64,000 bases of DNA, from NCBI GenBank assembly GCA_963675595.2, contig CAXXLZ010000002.1, forward strand, positions 1,344,001 to 1,408,000. The letters run 5' to 3'. The notes under the pieces are model-generated. The model saw only the letters and a list, made by a program, of their open reading frames with translations. It had not been told where the DNA came from and ran no database searches. This document shows positions 19,453 to 30,513 of this stretch, piece by piece. The stretch is from Thermodesulfobacteriota bacterium (GTDB lineage Bacteria > Desulfobacterota > Desulfarculia > JACQYL01). The position numbers and the translations under genes are program-made. Each line of letters opens with the position of its first letter. Position 1 is the stretch's first letter.

Positions 19453-20499
19453 ATGAAAAAAGGATTTGTTCTCAAGCTCACGATGCACATGGCCCTGACC
19501 GCTTTTCTGGCCGGGATTCTGTTGGTGCCGGCTTCGGTCTCGGCCGGAGAAGTCCGCTTGACCGGTTCCGGCGCCAGCTTTCCGGCTCCGCTCTACACCA
19601 CTTGGTTCAAGCAGTTCAGTCGAGCCGAGAAGGACATCCAGGTCAATTACCAGGCCAAGGGTTCCGGAGCCGGGATTCGTGATTTTCAGAATCACACCGT
19701 GGATTTTGCCGCCAGCGACGCCGCGATGAACGATGAAGAGATCTCCAAGGTGGAAGAAGGCGTACAGCTTCTCCCCATGACCGCCGGCGAGATCGTACTG
19801 GCCTATAACCTCAAGGGTGTCACGGGGCTTAAGCTGCCTCGCGACGCTTATCCCGCCATCTTTTTAGGGAAGATCAAAAAGTGGAACGATCCCGCCATTG
19901 CCGCCGCCAATCCCGGTCTCAAACTGCCGGATAAAGACATCACCGTGGTCGCCCGAGCCGACAGCTCCGGGACCAGCTATGTTTTCACCCAGCATTTGTG
20001 CGCCATTTCCCCGGAATTCAGAAGCGCCGTGGGCATGGGCAAAACCGTGAACTGGCCGAGTGAGGCCAAGCTGGTCAAGGCGCCCAAGAACGACGGTGTG
20101 ACCGCCACCATCAAGCAGACCCCCGGAGCCATAGGCTACATCGAGTACGGTTTCGCCCGGATGGCGAAACTGGAAATGGCCGACCTGCAGAACAAAGCGG
20201 GCAAGTTCGTGGCCCCCGGTCTCGAAGGCGGTCAGGCCGCCCTGGCCGGCGCCGTCATTCCCGACAACATGATCGTCTGGCTGTCGGATCCGGACGGCGA
20301 TGCATCGTACCCCATCGCCACCTACACCTGGATGATTTTCTACAAGAAGTACGACGATCCCAATAAGGCCGAGGCCCTGCGCAAGATGGTCGCGTACTGC
20401 CTGGACGAGGGACAGAAGATTTCCGACAAGGCCGGATATATTCCGCTGCCGGCCCCCGTTGTCGAGAAGGTGCGCGCGGCTTCCGCCAACATCCGGTAG
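19453..20499 (+). CDS. pstS: Phosphate ABC transporter substrate-binding protein
   Basis: GSGASFPAPLY, GSGAG, DFAASD and RADSSGTS motifs; signal peptide. Confidence 0.96.
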   Translation: MKKGFVLKLTMHMALTAFLAGILLVPASVSAGEVRLTGSGASFPAPLYTTWFKQFSRAEKDIQVNYQAKGSGAGIRDFQNHTVDFAASDAAMNDEEISKVEEGVQLLPMTAGEIVLAYNLKGVTGLKLPRDAYPAIFLGKIKKWNDPAIAAANPGLKLPDKDITVVARADSSGTSYVFTQHLCAISPEFRSAVGMGKTVNWPSEAKLVKAPKNDGVTATIKQTPGAIGYIEYGFARMAKLEMADLQNKAGKFVAPGLEGGQAALAGAVIPDNMIVWLSDPDGDASYPIATYTWMIFYKKYDDPNKAEALRKMVAYCLDEGQKISDKAGYIPLPAPVVEKVRAASANIR

Positions 20500-20510
20500 G
20501 TCCTTCGTAC

Positions 20511-20930
20511 CTTCACAGGGTGTGCCGCAGGGGACGCCGTCCCCCGCTCCCCCTGCCGGGGGACCAAAGGCCCCCCGGACCCCCGTTGCGTTTTCGCGAA
20601 TCGCTTGCGCGATTCGCAAAACGAGCGGCATGTTCCGTACAACCTATTGAAACACCTAAAGTTTTTAGGAAGGAGCCCGAGGGAACCCTTTTTTCAAAAA
20701 GGGTTCCCTCGGATACCCCTCTGAATGCTCATCCGTCCTTCTCCGGCGGAGAGGCTCCGTGCGGTAAGTGGATTTGTGGACCAGCGAGTCCTTGTCGAAG
20801 TTTTCTTTGACTCGGCCTCCAAAGGATCCCTCACCCCGGTTGCGACGCGGAAGCGAGCAACCCGTTCAGCAAGTTTTGGGAAGGGTTCGGGAAACCCTTT
20901 TCCAAAAGGGTTTCCCGAATACCCTGTAAC
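20511..20930. repeat. Composite REP mosaic between pstS and pstC
   Basis: TTCACAGGG foot; GCGAATCGCTTGCGCGATTCGC, GAGGGAACCCTTTTTTCAAAAAGGGTTCCCTC and further hairpins shared with other loci. Confidence 0.8.
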
Positions 20931-21013
20931 CGGGCCCCTGTATCAACACACTCAAAAGGCTTGAGGCGTTTTGACCCCGGGTCGAGGCGCCCCTCAATAT
21001 CGGAGGTTTACCC

Positions 21014-21985
21014 ATGGCCAACAAACCGGCAAGGGTCGTCGAAAAAGGAAAGACGCTCTCGAGGCCCCCTTCGTCCGGAGACATCCTCTTTGATAAATCC
21101 GTCCGGACCCTGACTTATGTCTCCACCTGGGCCACGGTGCTGCTCCTGGCGTTCATCGTATACAAGATCGGGGGTCAGGCCCTGCCGGCCATGTCCGAAT
21201 ACGGCCTGGGGTTTCTCACTTCCACCACTTGGGACGTCAATGCGGGAGAATTCGGTATCCTTCCGGAAATCTGGGGGACCCTGTTCAGCTCGATCCTGGC
21301 CCTGATCATCGGAGGCTTTTTCGGCATTTCCATCGCCGTTTTCCTGACCCAGGACTTCCTGCCCCCCAAAATTGAAATGGTGTTGAAAAACATCATCGAA
21401 CTGCTGGCCGCCATTCCCAGCGTTGTGTACGGCCTGTGGGGGATTTTTGTCCTGATCCCCCTGATCCGGCCGCCGGCTGATTTCCTGCACGAAACCTTGG
21501 GCTGGATTCCCTTTTTTTCCACCAGTCTCAGCGGTCCCGGCATGTTTCCGGCCGCGTTGGTGCTGGCGATCATGATCCTGCCTACGGTGGCCGCCATTTC
21601 CCAGGATGCTTTCCGGGCCATTCCCCATAAGACCAAGGAAGCGGCTTACGGCATGGGAACGACCCGATGGGAGGCCATCCTGCGGGTGATGCTGCCCACC
21701 GCCTCCGGCGGGATCTTCGGGGCACTGGTTTTAGGCTTGGGTCGCGCCTTGGGGGAAACCATGGCGCTTGCCATGCTGGTGGGCAACTCCAACCAGATCA
21801 GCCTGTCGCTCTTCGCCCCGGCCAATACACTGGCGGCCCTGCTGGCGCTGAACTTCCCCGAAGCCGGCGCGCATGAGGCCTCCATCTTGATGTACGCCGC
21901 CTGTGTGCTGCTGTTCATCACCTTGATCGTGAATGTGACCGGCACCCTGATCATCTCCAGAACCGGATCGAGAGGGCTGAAATGA
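21014..21985 (+). CDS. pstC: Phosphate ABC transporter permease
   Basis: ELLAAIPSVVYGLWG and GRALGETMA motifs. Confidence 0.96.
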   Translation: MANKPARVVEKGKTLSRPPSSGDILFDKSVRTLTYVSTWATVLLLAFIVYKIGGQALPAMSEYGLGFLTSTTWDVNAGEFGILPEIWGTLFSSILALIIGGFFGISIAVFLTQDFLPPKIEMVLKNIIELLAAIPSVVYGLWGIFVLIPLIRPPADFLHETLGWIPFFSTSLSGPGMFPAALVLAIMILPTVAAISQDAFRAIPHKTKEAAYGMGTTRWEAILRVMLPTASGGIFGALVLGLGRALGETMALAMLVGNSNQISLSLFAPANTLAALLALNFPEAGAHEASILMYAACVLLFITLIVNVTGTLIISRTGSRGLK

Positions 21986-22866
21986 GCAAACAAAACACCA
22001 TGAACGGCTCCCTGCGACTGCCGAGTCTTGAACGGCAACCCATGGAGCCGCGGGCCCTCAAGTCCATCGTTTTGAGCGCGATCACCGTTACCGCGGCGGT
22101 CGCGGCCTGTATCCCTCTTTTCTCCGTACTGATCATGCTGATCTTTCGAGGCGGCAAGCGACTGAGTCTGGAGCTGTTCTACGCCCTGCCCCCCACCGCC
22201 TTTGAGACCGGCGGCGGGTTCGGCAACGCCATTGTGGGTACGCTCTTCATGGTCGGGCTTGCGGCGTTGATCAGCGTGCCTTTCGGGGTGCTGGCCGCCA
22301 TCTACCTGGCCGAACTCGGCCCCTACAGCAAGATTGCGGCGGCGGCTCGCTTTTGCGCCAAAACCCTCACCGGCCTGCCCTCCATTTTGGCCGGCGTGTT
22401 CGCCTATGCCGCGGTGGTCCTCACCATGGGCCACTACTCGGCCTGGGCCGGCGGCATCGCCTTGTCCCTGTTGATGGTTCCCGTGGTGATGCTCACCGCC
22501 GAGGAAGCGATCAAGATGGTGCCGCGGCCGATGAAAGAGGCCGCCTATGGAATGGGCTGCACCCCTTCCCAGACCATGTGGAAGGTGATGCTTCCGGTCG
22601 CCATGCCCGGCATCATCACCGGAGTGGTGCTCGCGGTCGCCCGAGCGGCCGGTGAAACGGCGCCGCTGCTCTTCAGCGCCCTGTTCAGCGATTACTGGCT
22701 GCGTGCCAATGAACCCACCGCCTCATTGGCGGTGCTGATCTACAACTATTCCGGCATGCCCTTTGAGAACCAGATTGAGCTGGCGTGGGCGGCCTCGCTG
22801 GTCCTTGTAGTCATGGTTTTTGTGCTGAACATCATCAGCCGAGCTATCGGCCAGCGAAAAGCGTAA
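21982..22866 (+). CDS. pstA: Phosphate ABC transporter permease
   Basis: LPSILAG and ARAAGETAPLL motifs; overlaps pstC (ATGA). Confidence 0.96.
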   Translation: MSKQNTMNGSLRLPSLERQPMEPRALKSIVLSAITVTAAVAACIPLFSVLIMLIFRGGKRLSLELFYALPPTAFETGGGFGNAIVGTLFMVGLAALISVPFGVLAAIYLAELGPYSKIAAAARFCAKTLTGLPSILAGVFAYAAVVLTMGHYSAWAGGIALSLLMVPVVMLTAEEAIKMVPRPMKEAAYGMGCTPSQTMWKVMLPVAMPGIITGVVLAVARAAGETAPLLFSALFSDYWLRANEPTASLAVLIYNYSGMPFENQIELAWAASLVLVVMVFVLNIISRAIGQRKA

Positions 22867-22892
22867 CGTCGTTACTAAAAGAGGAGGTCGTC

Positions 22893-22998
22893 ATTCACGG
22901 GGGAGAACTTTTGAAAAAGTTCCCCCCCGTGCCCCCGCCTTCGGCGGAGAGGCTGTTGGGGGTCCGGGAAAACGGGTTCCCCCGGTGACCCTGTGAAT
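22893..22998. repeat. Compact REPIN-like element between pstA and pstB
   Basis: Inverted feet ATTCACGGGG...CCCTGTGAAT enclose three hairpins. Confidence 0.82.
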
Positions 22999-23024
22999 AA
23001 AAACAGAAGGAGCAGAGTACGCTC

Positions 23025-23852
23025 ATGCAACCTGCATTGAAACAAACGGACGACGCGCAGGACAACGGCGTTCTGTCGGAAGAGGTGGTCCTCGACTGCC
23101 GGGTGAATAAAATCTTTTACACCGATTTTCTGGCGGTGCGGGACAGCCATGTGCCCATCAAAAAGAACCAGATCACCGGTTTCATCGGACCGTCGGGCTG
23201 CGGCAAGAGTACGGTGCTCAAGAGCGTAAACCGCATGAACGATCTGATCCGGGGATTTCGTTTTGAGGGCACGATCAACTTTATGGGAACGGATATCTAC
23301 GGCGAGAAGATTGATCCGGTTTCCGTTCGGCGCAATATCGGCATGGTCTTCCAGCAGCCCAACCCCTTTGCCCTGTCCATTTACGACAATGTCGCTTTTG
23401 GCCTGCGGCTCAACCGCTACAAAGGCGACATGCATGAAAAGGTGGAAAAGGCGCTCCGGGGCGCCGCCCTGTGGGATGACGTCAAAGACAAGCTCAAGAA
23501 CAACGGTTTGTCTCTGTCCGGTGGCCAACAGCAGCGCCTTTGCATCGCCCGGGCCATTGCCACCGAACCCTTGATCCTGCTCATGGACGAGCCCTGTTCC
23601 GCTTTGGACCCCATCGCCACCCGGCTGGTGGAGGACCTCATGGTGGAACTCAAGGAACAATACACGGTGGCCATCGTAACCCATAATATGCAGCAGGCTC
23701 AGCGCGTCGCCGATCAGACGGCGTTTTTCGCCGTGGATATCTCCAAGGGAGGACGGACCGGCTACCTCGTCGAAATGGGCCCCACCATGGAGCTCTTTGG
23801 CAACCCGCAGGAAAAGTTGACTAAAGAGTATCTGCACGGTGAGTTTTCCTGA
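23025..23852 (+). CDS. pstB: Phosphate ABC transporter ATPase
   Basis: [23 protein letters not shown] and [10 protein letters not shown] motifs. Confidence 0.96.
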   Translation: MQPALKQTDDAQDNGVLSEEVVLDCRVNKIFYTDFLAVRDSHVPIKKNQITGFIGPSGCGKSTVLKSVNRMNDLIRGFRFEGTINFMGTDIYGEKIDPVSVRRNIGMVFQQPNPFALSIYDNVAFGLRLNRYKGDMHEKVEKALRGAALWDDVKDKLKNNGLSLSGGQQQRLCIARAIATEPLILLMDEPCSALDPIATRLVEDLMVELKEQYTVAIVTHNMQQAQRVADQTAFFAVDISKGGRTGYLVEMGPTMELFGNPQEKLTKEYLHGEFS

Positions 23853-23868
23853 GGGGGAGGCAAACGTC

Positions 23869-24927
23869 ATGATTAAAGTCAGAGCCTGTGTCGCGGCTTT
23901 TGCGCTGATTGCCCTATTCTGCTGGTCGGTCTCCAACGGATTCGCCGCCGACGGGAAAATCACCCTTGATAACGCGGATATCGTCGGTGCGGGCGCAACC
24001 TTTCCCGCCCCTCTCTATCAGCGTTGGATCAAAGAATTCGGCAAACAACATTCGGATTTTACCCTCTTCTATGCTGAAGTCGGCAGCGGCGAAGGCATCA
24101 AGCGCTTCATGGCCGGAGAGACGGATTTCGGCGCCAGCGACGCCGCCATGAACGACGATCAGATTGCGCGGGTCGAACGCGGTGTGCAACTCATCCCCGC
24201 CACGGCCGGTATCATCGTGCTGGCTTATAACCTGCCTTCGGTGCACGGAGAACTGCGTCTGAGCCGTGAGGTTTATGTTGACATTTTCCTCGGTAGAATC
24301 AGGAACTGGAACGACGAACGGATCACCCGGTTGAATCCTGATTTGAAGCTGCCGAATCTGAACATCGTCACCATTACCCGCAGTGATTCTTCGGGTACGA
24401 CCTGGGCCTTCACCAACCATCTGAACAGTATCAGCCCCAAGTGGAAGGAAGCGGGACTCAGCGTCGGCAAGAAGGTCGATTGGCCCGGCAACTCCATGGC
24501 GAGCCGATACAATGAAGGTGTGGCCGCGAAGATCAAATACTCCTGGGGAAGCATCGGTTACGTCGAGTACGGTATTGCCGAGCGGGCCGGACTCGCCATG
24601 GCGGCCCTTGAGAATAAGGCGGGCCTGTATGTCGAGCCGACCGATGAAAGCGGAACGAACACGCTTGCCAACACGTCGACTCAAATGCCTCCAAACCTTC
24701 GAATGTTTCTGCCGGACCCGGAGGGAACGGATTCCTACCCGATCGTCACGTATACTTGGCTTCTTCTGTTCCAATCCTATGCCGACAAGACCAAGGCCGC
24801 GAGGGTCAAGCAATTCGTCCAGTGGGGACTCACCGAAGGACAGAACTTCGCTCCGGAATACGGTTATGCCCCGCTTCCCGAACCTGTTGCCGCCGCCGCC
24901 CTGAAAGCGCTGGCTGAAGTGCGGTGA
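23869..24927 (+). CDS. pstS: Phosphate-binding protein, second paralog
   Basis: GAGATFPAPLY, DFGASD and RSDSSGTT motifs; RBS GGAGG. Confidence 0.93.
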   Translation: MIKVRACVAAFALIALFCWSVSNGFAADGKITLDNADIVGAGATFPAPLYQRWIKEFGKQHSDFTLFYAEVGSGEGIKRFMAGETDFGASDAAMNDDQIARVERGVQLIPATAGIIVLAYNLPSVHGELRLSREVYVDIFLGRIRNWNDERITRLNPDLKLPNLNIVTITRSDSSGTTWAFTNHLNSISPKWKEAGLSVGKKVDWPGNSMASRYNEGVAAKIKYSWGSIGYVEYGIAERAGLAMAALENKAGLYVEPTDESGTNTLANTSTQMPPNLRMFLPDPEGTDSYPIVTYTWLLLFQSYADKTKAARVKQFVQWGLTEGQNFAPEYGYAPLPEPVAAAALKALAEVR

Positions 24928-24968
24928 CGGATGACTCGACCTCAAATTGCGGCTCGTTCCCGGCAACC

Positions 24969-25210
24969 ATTCACGGGCGGCCGCAGCTTCACCCCGGGCG
25001 TGCCCTTTTCTTCTCTTTTTCCTGTTTCAAGATGCGCTCACGGTAGGGAGCCTCTCCGCCGGAGGCGGTGAGGCAGGCGCAAGAAGATTTGGAAGGGGGG
25101 TGCGTGGGAAGACTTTCCCGAAAGTCTTCCCACGGTGAATGCCTAAGAAACTCTTGCAAAGAGAACCCTTGACCCCGGTTGCGCCGCGCGGCGAGCAACC
25201 GGTTCAACGA
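24969..25210. repeat. REPIN-like element
   Basis: ATTCACGGG...CACGGTGAATGCCT followed by a CCCCGGTTGCG..GAGCAACC module. Confidence 0.78.
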
Positions 25211-25399
25211 GTTTGGGAATGATGCTTAATGGCATAAATCCCTATACCGGGGGATGCTTTTGAAAAAAGCACCCTCCGGAGCGGCTCTCCGGGGAGCCGA
25301 CATGGAGGCCCACGGATCGTTCACACGCCCGCTCTGTAGGGACAATGTCTAATAAAGGACTCCGCAACTAAACAGCAGCACCCGGATAAGGATAAGCTT

Positions 25400-26458
25400 A
25401 TGAAACATCTCCAAAACACGAAGCGATTCGAGTGGCGCGCCCTGGCGGTGCTCCTTTTAATGGTCTTTTGGCACGGGCCGGTCATGGCCGACGGCAAGAT
25501 TTCGCTGGTCGGCGGCGGGGCGACTCTGCCGGCGCCCCTGTACCAGAAATGGTTCCGAGCCTACAACACGGCACACCCCGATGTGCTGATCGATTATCAG
25601 CCTCTCGGCAGCGGAGCCGGTATCTCCCAATTTCTCGACAAAAGGCTGGATTTTGCCGGCAGTGACGTGCCGTTGAGCGCTGAACAGGTCGCCGACGTTG
25701 AGGGCGGTGCGGTCCAGATTCCCATGACGGCCGGCGCCCTGGTCCTGATTTACAACGTGCACGGAGTGGACCATCTCAATCTCACCCGGGCGGCCTATAT
25801 CGGGATTTTCTTGGGGACCGTCACCCGCTGGAACGACCCGCTCATCGCCGAGGCCAACCCGGGCGCGCCCCTGCCCGACTCGGAGATCACCGTGGTGACG
25901 CGATCCGACGCCAGCGGCACCACCTACGCCTTTACCCGCCATTTGAGCGCGGCCAGCCCGGAATTCGAAAAAGCCGTCGGCGTTGCAAAAGCCCCTGTGT
26001 GGCCTAAGAAGCTCACGTCCCGAGGCAACATGATCAAAGCCCGAGGCAACGGCGGAGTCGTCAACATGGTGCAGGCCATTCCCGGCTCCATTGGGTATGT
26101 GGAATACTCCTATGCCTATCTGACCGACGTGGCCACCGCCTATCTGCAGAACAAAGCCGGACAATTCGTCGCGGCCGACCAGAAGGCTTTCCAGCTCACC
26201 GTGCGCAATACCACCGTGCGTGACGACCTCACCGTGGTCCTGACCGACCCGGCGGCCCACGGCAACTACCCGGTGGTCACCTTCACCTGGATTCTGGTTC
26301 GGAAGCAGTCCAATAAGCCCAAGGAGCAAAAAGCATTGAAGGACATTCTACGCTTTTGTCTCACCACAGGGCAGGAGCAAAGCGACAAACTCGGCTACAT
26401 TCCCCTTACCGGGGACGTGGTCGCCAAGTCATTGGAGCTGCTGGAAGACGTTCATTAA
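25400..26458 (+). CDS. pstS: Phosphate-binding protein, third paralog
   Basis: GGGATLPAPLY, DFAGSD and RSDASGTT motifs. Confidence 0.92.
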   Translation: MKHLQNTKRFEWRALAVLLLMVFWHGPVMADGKISLVGGGATLPAPLYQKWFRAYNTAHPDVLIDYQPLGSGAGISQFLDKRLDFAGSDVPLSAEQVADVEGGAVQIPMTAGALVLIYNVHGVDHLNLTRAAYIGIFLGTVTRWNDPLIAEANPGAPLPDSEITVVTRSDASGTTYAFTRHLSAASPEFEKAVGVAKAPVWPKKLTSRGNMIKARGNGGVVNMVQAIPGSIGYVEYSYAYLTDVATAYLQNKAGQFVAADQKAFQLTVRNTTVRDDLTVVLTDPAAHGNYPVVTFTWILVRKQSNKPKEQKALKDILRFCLTTGQEQSDKLGYIPLTGDVVAKSLELLEDVH

Positions 26459-26486
26459 CAGGCCGACCGGAGTCGGATTGCAGATG

Positions 26487-26575
26487 CGGGGAAACCTTTT
26501 GGAAAAGGTTTCCCCCCGCCCCTTCCCAAACGTGTCGAGCGAGCCTCACCGCCTTCGGCGGAGAGGCTGAGAGTG
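26487..26575. repeat. REP copy
   Basis: GGGGAAACCTTTTGGAAAAGGTTTCCCC plus CTCACCGCCTTCGGCGGAGAG. Confidence 0.78.
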
Positions 26576-26718
26576 AGATAGCGTCCCTCGAAGATTGCCG
26601 GCCTTCTTTGCCTTTCCTGAATCGCCGAACAAACTCCAAAGTCCGGCTTCGTCATGCTTCAGCGGGATGAAACCCGCGAAAAAGTCGTGGGACCTTCAAA
26701 GAGCATTCATCCCGCGGC

Positions 26719-29700
26719 TTACTGCGCGTCGGGGTACTTGAGCGAAACCGGATAGGTCCCGGACAATTGAGGGACAACGAGCGTCACCCGGCCTTGGTTT
26801 GTTTCCGTGAGTCCCAGGTTGATCGTGTACCCTTGGCCCAACACATCGTTGGAGGCGAAAACGCCGCCCGTGTAGTCGGGGTCCAGGAAAGCGGTCAGAT
26901 GCCCCGCAGCGAGCGTGACCATCACGCAGGATCCCGTTTCGTATTTCTGAAGATAGAAATTCACCGAGCCGTCCGAGCTGTTCCAGATCCCGTTGGGCGG
27001 GATGTACGGATTGGTGATCGGTGTGTCCGGATATTCGAGAGACACCGGAGTCGTCGTTGTGTGCGACGGATAATTCACCGTGAGTGCGCCGGCGGACGAG
27101 CTCGTGAGGTTCAGAACGACGGACCGGCCCTGGCTGAGCACGTCGTTGGACACGTTGATTCCGTCGGCATACCCCGTGTCCAAAAACGCCGTCAAAGCGC
27201 CCCCGTCCAAGACGACCAAAACGCAGGAACCCGTCTGATACTTCTGCAGGAAGAACTTGAGTGACGCGTCCGTGCTCCTCCATATCCCATTCGCCGGGGC
27301 TTCCTGGGAAGCTCCCACGGTTTGGATCACCTGCGTCGATTTCGGGAGCGAGATGTAGCCTTTGTCATCCATGGCGTAAAAGGATACGTCGTAGGTTCCC
27401 ATCACGGAGAAATAGCCGTAGGTGCCCTCGTATTTTCCGTCGGCCCCCGGCGAAAGGGCAATCACCGGGAGATCGGTTACCGGCTGAGTCGGATCCGTCA
27501 CGACGTAGTCGGGGGGCGTTATCACGGCCCATACATCCGTCAGTGTTTCCGTTGTCGCTATATTTTGCGTCCACAACGTCGCGGACGTTTCACCGCTCAG
27601 CGTCTGAACCGGCGACACGGTGGTAACGACGGGGACGTCGGCCAGTTGCAGGTTGCCGAAACCAATGGTGATATTCCGGGCCGTCGACAAGTCGGAATCC
27701 TCATTGGGGATCCCGTTTCCATCGGCGTCCAGGAGCGGAGTCTGCTTGAAGGTGGCAAAAGAGTGCGGCATGGCCATTCTGGACACATCAAAGGCATTGC
27801 CCACGGTTGCACCGGAAAAGACTTGCTTCCAGAAGAAATCGGAGAATGAAATCGTTCCTTTGACGAATTGAGCGGTTTCGCCCGCCGACGCACTCGTGAC
27901 CACAATGCGCGTCTTCCCCTCGGGAGCCGTAAGAAGCGGAACGAAGCTTCCCGAATAACAGGCTTCGTAAACAACCACGGCACGGCCGGAAATATCCTCT
28001 TGCAGCGTATCGAGCCATCCGTCCAATTCCGTTGCATTCACGACTTCGGTTTCATTGATTCTGAACGTGCCGTCCCCCCCGTGATCCGCCAGGTAGACGA
28101 CCACGTCACGGGCGCCCACGGCCCACGATGTCAGTACGCTCGAGAGGTTCGCCCGGGTCGCATCGAGCACAAGATCGTCCTCCAACCCGTTCCCGTCAGG
28201 GTCTCTATCCGATCCGGCCGTCACGTAATAGATGTTCTCCTTGTCAAATCCCTGCACCCGAAGGGTCCGGTATACGAATGCCGTGAGCATTTGCGTCGCG
28301 TCCCAGATATTGTTTCCGGGATAGGGACCGCCTCCGGCCACAATCACGGCTTTGTCCGAAGCAACGACTTCCGACGGGAAAAACGCCTGGATTCGGTTGT
28401 TGCTGAATTCGGAAACGAATACCGTCCCATCGGACCCAACGGTCAAGCCGACGGGCTGGCTGAGCTGCCCGGCGCTTGTCCCCCCGGCGCCCCAGGTTCC
28501 CAGGAAATCACCATTCGATGAGAACTTCTGAATGCGATCGTTCTCCAGCCATTCCGCAACGTAGACATTGCCTGCCGCGTCCACTGTGACGCACGTCGGC
28601 TTGAAAAACTGCCCGACTCCACTTCCCTCGGTTCCCCACCGCATCACGAAATCGCCCGCGGAAGTGAATTTCTGGATGCGATGATTGTCCGTGTCGGCCA
28701 CGTACACGTAGTTGTCGGGGCCGACCGCGATGCCTCCCGGTTTCTTGAATTTTCCATCGGCGCTGCCTTCGCCGCCCCATTGGGTGACATACACACCGCC
28801 GTCGGTGAACTTCTGGACGCGATGGTTATATCGATCGCATACGTAAACGTGCCCGGTGCCGTCCGCCGCCACGCCGACGGGGTCGTCGAACTGGCCGTCG
28901 CCTTCCCCGGCGCTCCCCCATCCGGTGAGGTATTCCCATGTCGGGCTGAATTTCTGAACGGACCTCTCCGTGGAGACGTCCGTCACATAGATATTGCCGG
29001 AACCGTCCACCGCGATGGCCCGTGGATTGGTGAACCGGCCGGGTTCCGTGCCGGGGCCTCCCCGTTGAGACACGTACGCACCCGTCGGCGTGAATTCCTG
29101 GATACGGTCGTTCCAAGAGTCCACGGCGTAGAGGTTCCCGGATGAGGCGGTTGCGAGACCGAAAGGCCGGAAGAATTGACCGTCTCCCTCTCCGTCGCTC
29201 CCCCATTTGGCGACAAACGAACCGTCCGGCAGGAACTTCTGTATCCGATCATTCAGGAAATCGACCACATACACGTGCCCTTGGCCGTCCACCGCCACTC
29301 CCTTGGGATACGTGAACTTCCCGTCGGATGTGCCGTTTCCGCCCCATCGGGTGACATACTGCCCGTTTGACGCGTACTTGATCACCAAGTGGGTTTGATA
29401 ATCAGTCACATACACGTTTCCGGATTCGTCCCGCGCCGAGGCATAGGCCGACTCCAAAGCTCCATCGCCGGTTCCGTCTCCACCCCACGTATCGAGCAGC
29501 TCTCCCTGACCACTGAATCTCTGAAGCGCGTTGTTGGCATCGGTCACATAGACCACGCCCGCTTCGTCCACCATGATGCCTTGAGGATACGTGAAATTCC
29601 CTTCCGAGGTCCCCCACTCGCCCCAAGAGAGAAGAAAGCCGCCTTCACTCGAGAACTTCTGCACTCGCGCGTTGTACGTGTCCGCCACATAGACGTTGCC

Positions 29701-30168
29701 GTCGCCGTCCGTCGCAACGCCGAAGGGCTGTTGGAACTGCCCGTCCCCGCCGCCGTTGCCGCCCCACTCGAGAAGAAACTCTCCATCCAGGGTGAACTTC
29801 TGAATGCGGTGGTTATCCGTGTCCGCCACGTACACGAAACCGGACGGATCCACGGCGATCCCTTGCGGCAGATCGAACTCACCGGGCTCCGAACCCTCAC
29901 GACCCCATTTGGCGATCAGTTGGCCTTCCGCGGTGAATTTCAACACTCTGTAGTTGCCCGCATCCAGCACATACACGTTATCGGTGGAATCCACCGCGAT
30001 TCCGCTCAGGAATCGGAAGTACCAGGGCTGCTGTAGGGTGGGCCATAAGCGTGCGTATTCATACGTTTCACCGGCGAACGCCTGTGCGGCCATGGGCAGG
30101 AAGCACCAGAGACCTATCGTCAATGTGATCCATATCCGCTGATGTCTTTTCACCTTGCTTCGTGACAT
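26719..30168 (-). CDS. Secreted NHL-repeat protein with a C13/caspase-like (clan CD) peptidase domain and two tandem C-terminal domains
   Basis: Signal peptide; about 12 NHL repeats (F..P.GIAVD..G.VYVAD..N.RIQKF); LADHGG and YEACYSGSF catalytic dyad. Confidence 0.88.
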   Translation of the reverse strand: MSRSKVKRHQRIWITLTIGLWCFLPMAAQAFAGETYEYARLWPTLQQPWYFRFLSGIAVDSTDNVYVLDAGNYRVLKFTAEGQLIAKWGREGSEPGEFDLPQGIAVDPSGFVYVADTDNHRIQKFTLDGEFLLEWGGNGGGDGQFQQPFGVATDGDGNVYVADTYNARVQKFSSEGGFLLSWGEWGTSEGNFTYPQGIMVDEAGVVYVTDANNALQRFSGQGELLDTWGGDGTGDGALESAYASARDESGNVYVTDYQTHLVIKYASNGQYVTRWGGNGTSDGKFTYPKGVAVDGQGHVYVVDFLNDRIQKFLPDGSFVAKWGSDGEGDGQFFRPFGLATASSGNLYAVDSWNDRIQEFTPTGAYVSQRGGPGTEPGRFTNPRAIAVDGSGNIYVTDVSTERSVQKFSPTWEYLTGWGSAGEGDGQFDDPVGVAADGTGHVYVCDRYNHRVQKFTDGGVYVTQWGGEGSADGKFKKPGGIAVGPDNYVYVADTDNHRIQKFTSAGDFVMRWGTEGSGVGQFFKPTCVTVDAAGNVYVAEWLENDRIQKFSSNGDFLGTWGAGGTSAGQLSQPVGLTVGSDGTVFVSEFSNNRIQAFFPSEVVASDKAVIVAGGGPYPGNNIWDATQMLTAFVYRTLRVQGFDKENIYYVTAGSDRDPDGNGLEDDLVLDATRANLSSVLTSWAVGARDVVVYLADHGGDGTFRINETEVVNATELDGWLDTLQEDISGRAVVVYEACYSGSFVPLLTAPEGKTRIVVTSASAGETAQFVKGTISFSDFFWKQVFSGATVGNAFDVSRMAMPHSFATFKQTPLLDADGNGIPNEDSDLSTARNITIGFGNLQLADVPVVTTVSPVQTLSGETSATLWTQNIATTETLTDVWAVITPPDYVVTDPTQPVTDLPVIALSPGADGKYEGTYGYFSVMGTYDVSFYAMDDKGYISLPKSTQVIQTVGASQEAPANGIWRSTDASLKFFLQKYQTGSCVLVVLDGGALTAFLDTGYADGINVSNDVLSQGRSVVLNLTSSSAGALTVNYPSHTTTTPVSLEYPDTPITNPYIPPNGIWNSSDGSVNFYLQKYETGSCVMVTLAAGHLTAFLDPDYTGGVFASNDVLGQGYTINLGLTETNQGRVTLVVPQLSGTYPVSLKYPDAQ

Positions 30169-30235
30169 GGTGATCTCCTCCGGGACTCGCTTTCACGGTC
30201 GGATTTAACATCCCGTTGAAAAATGCCGGCTGCCA

Positions 30236-30357
30236 CAGGCTGGTAAAAAACGACGACATGCAAGGCGCGTAAAACATTAGGGATGAGGCGCACAAAGCAG
30301 TACCGCACTGAGGAGGGATGAAGCGCAACGCGGCAGTTCGCGTTTTTCGGCAGTCTG
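30236..30357. mobile_element. ~120-bp MITE-like element copy
   Basis: Homologous to 4835-4956. Confidence 0.72.
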
Positions 30358-30513
30358 TTGAGGCTTACACTCGATCGGTATCTGTCCACGGACGTTTCCG
30401 TCGAAGATGTCGGCTTCCCGATTATGAACACAACAAAGACCGGTTCGTCCATGAAAAACCGTCCATGCGGGAGTAACCTTGTAACGAATTTCCACGAATC
30501 GGTATTTTACTAT

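Noticed and set aside
26719-27300. Duplicated C-terminal domain as a DGR target
   Set aside because: Differences are spread over all bases and both copies are coding; no adenine-specific pattern seen.
28400-30050. Periodic DNA similarity suggesting a CRISPR or tandem array
   Set aside because: Explained by protein-level NHL repeats; no constant repeat/unique spacer pattern and no cas genes in the window.
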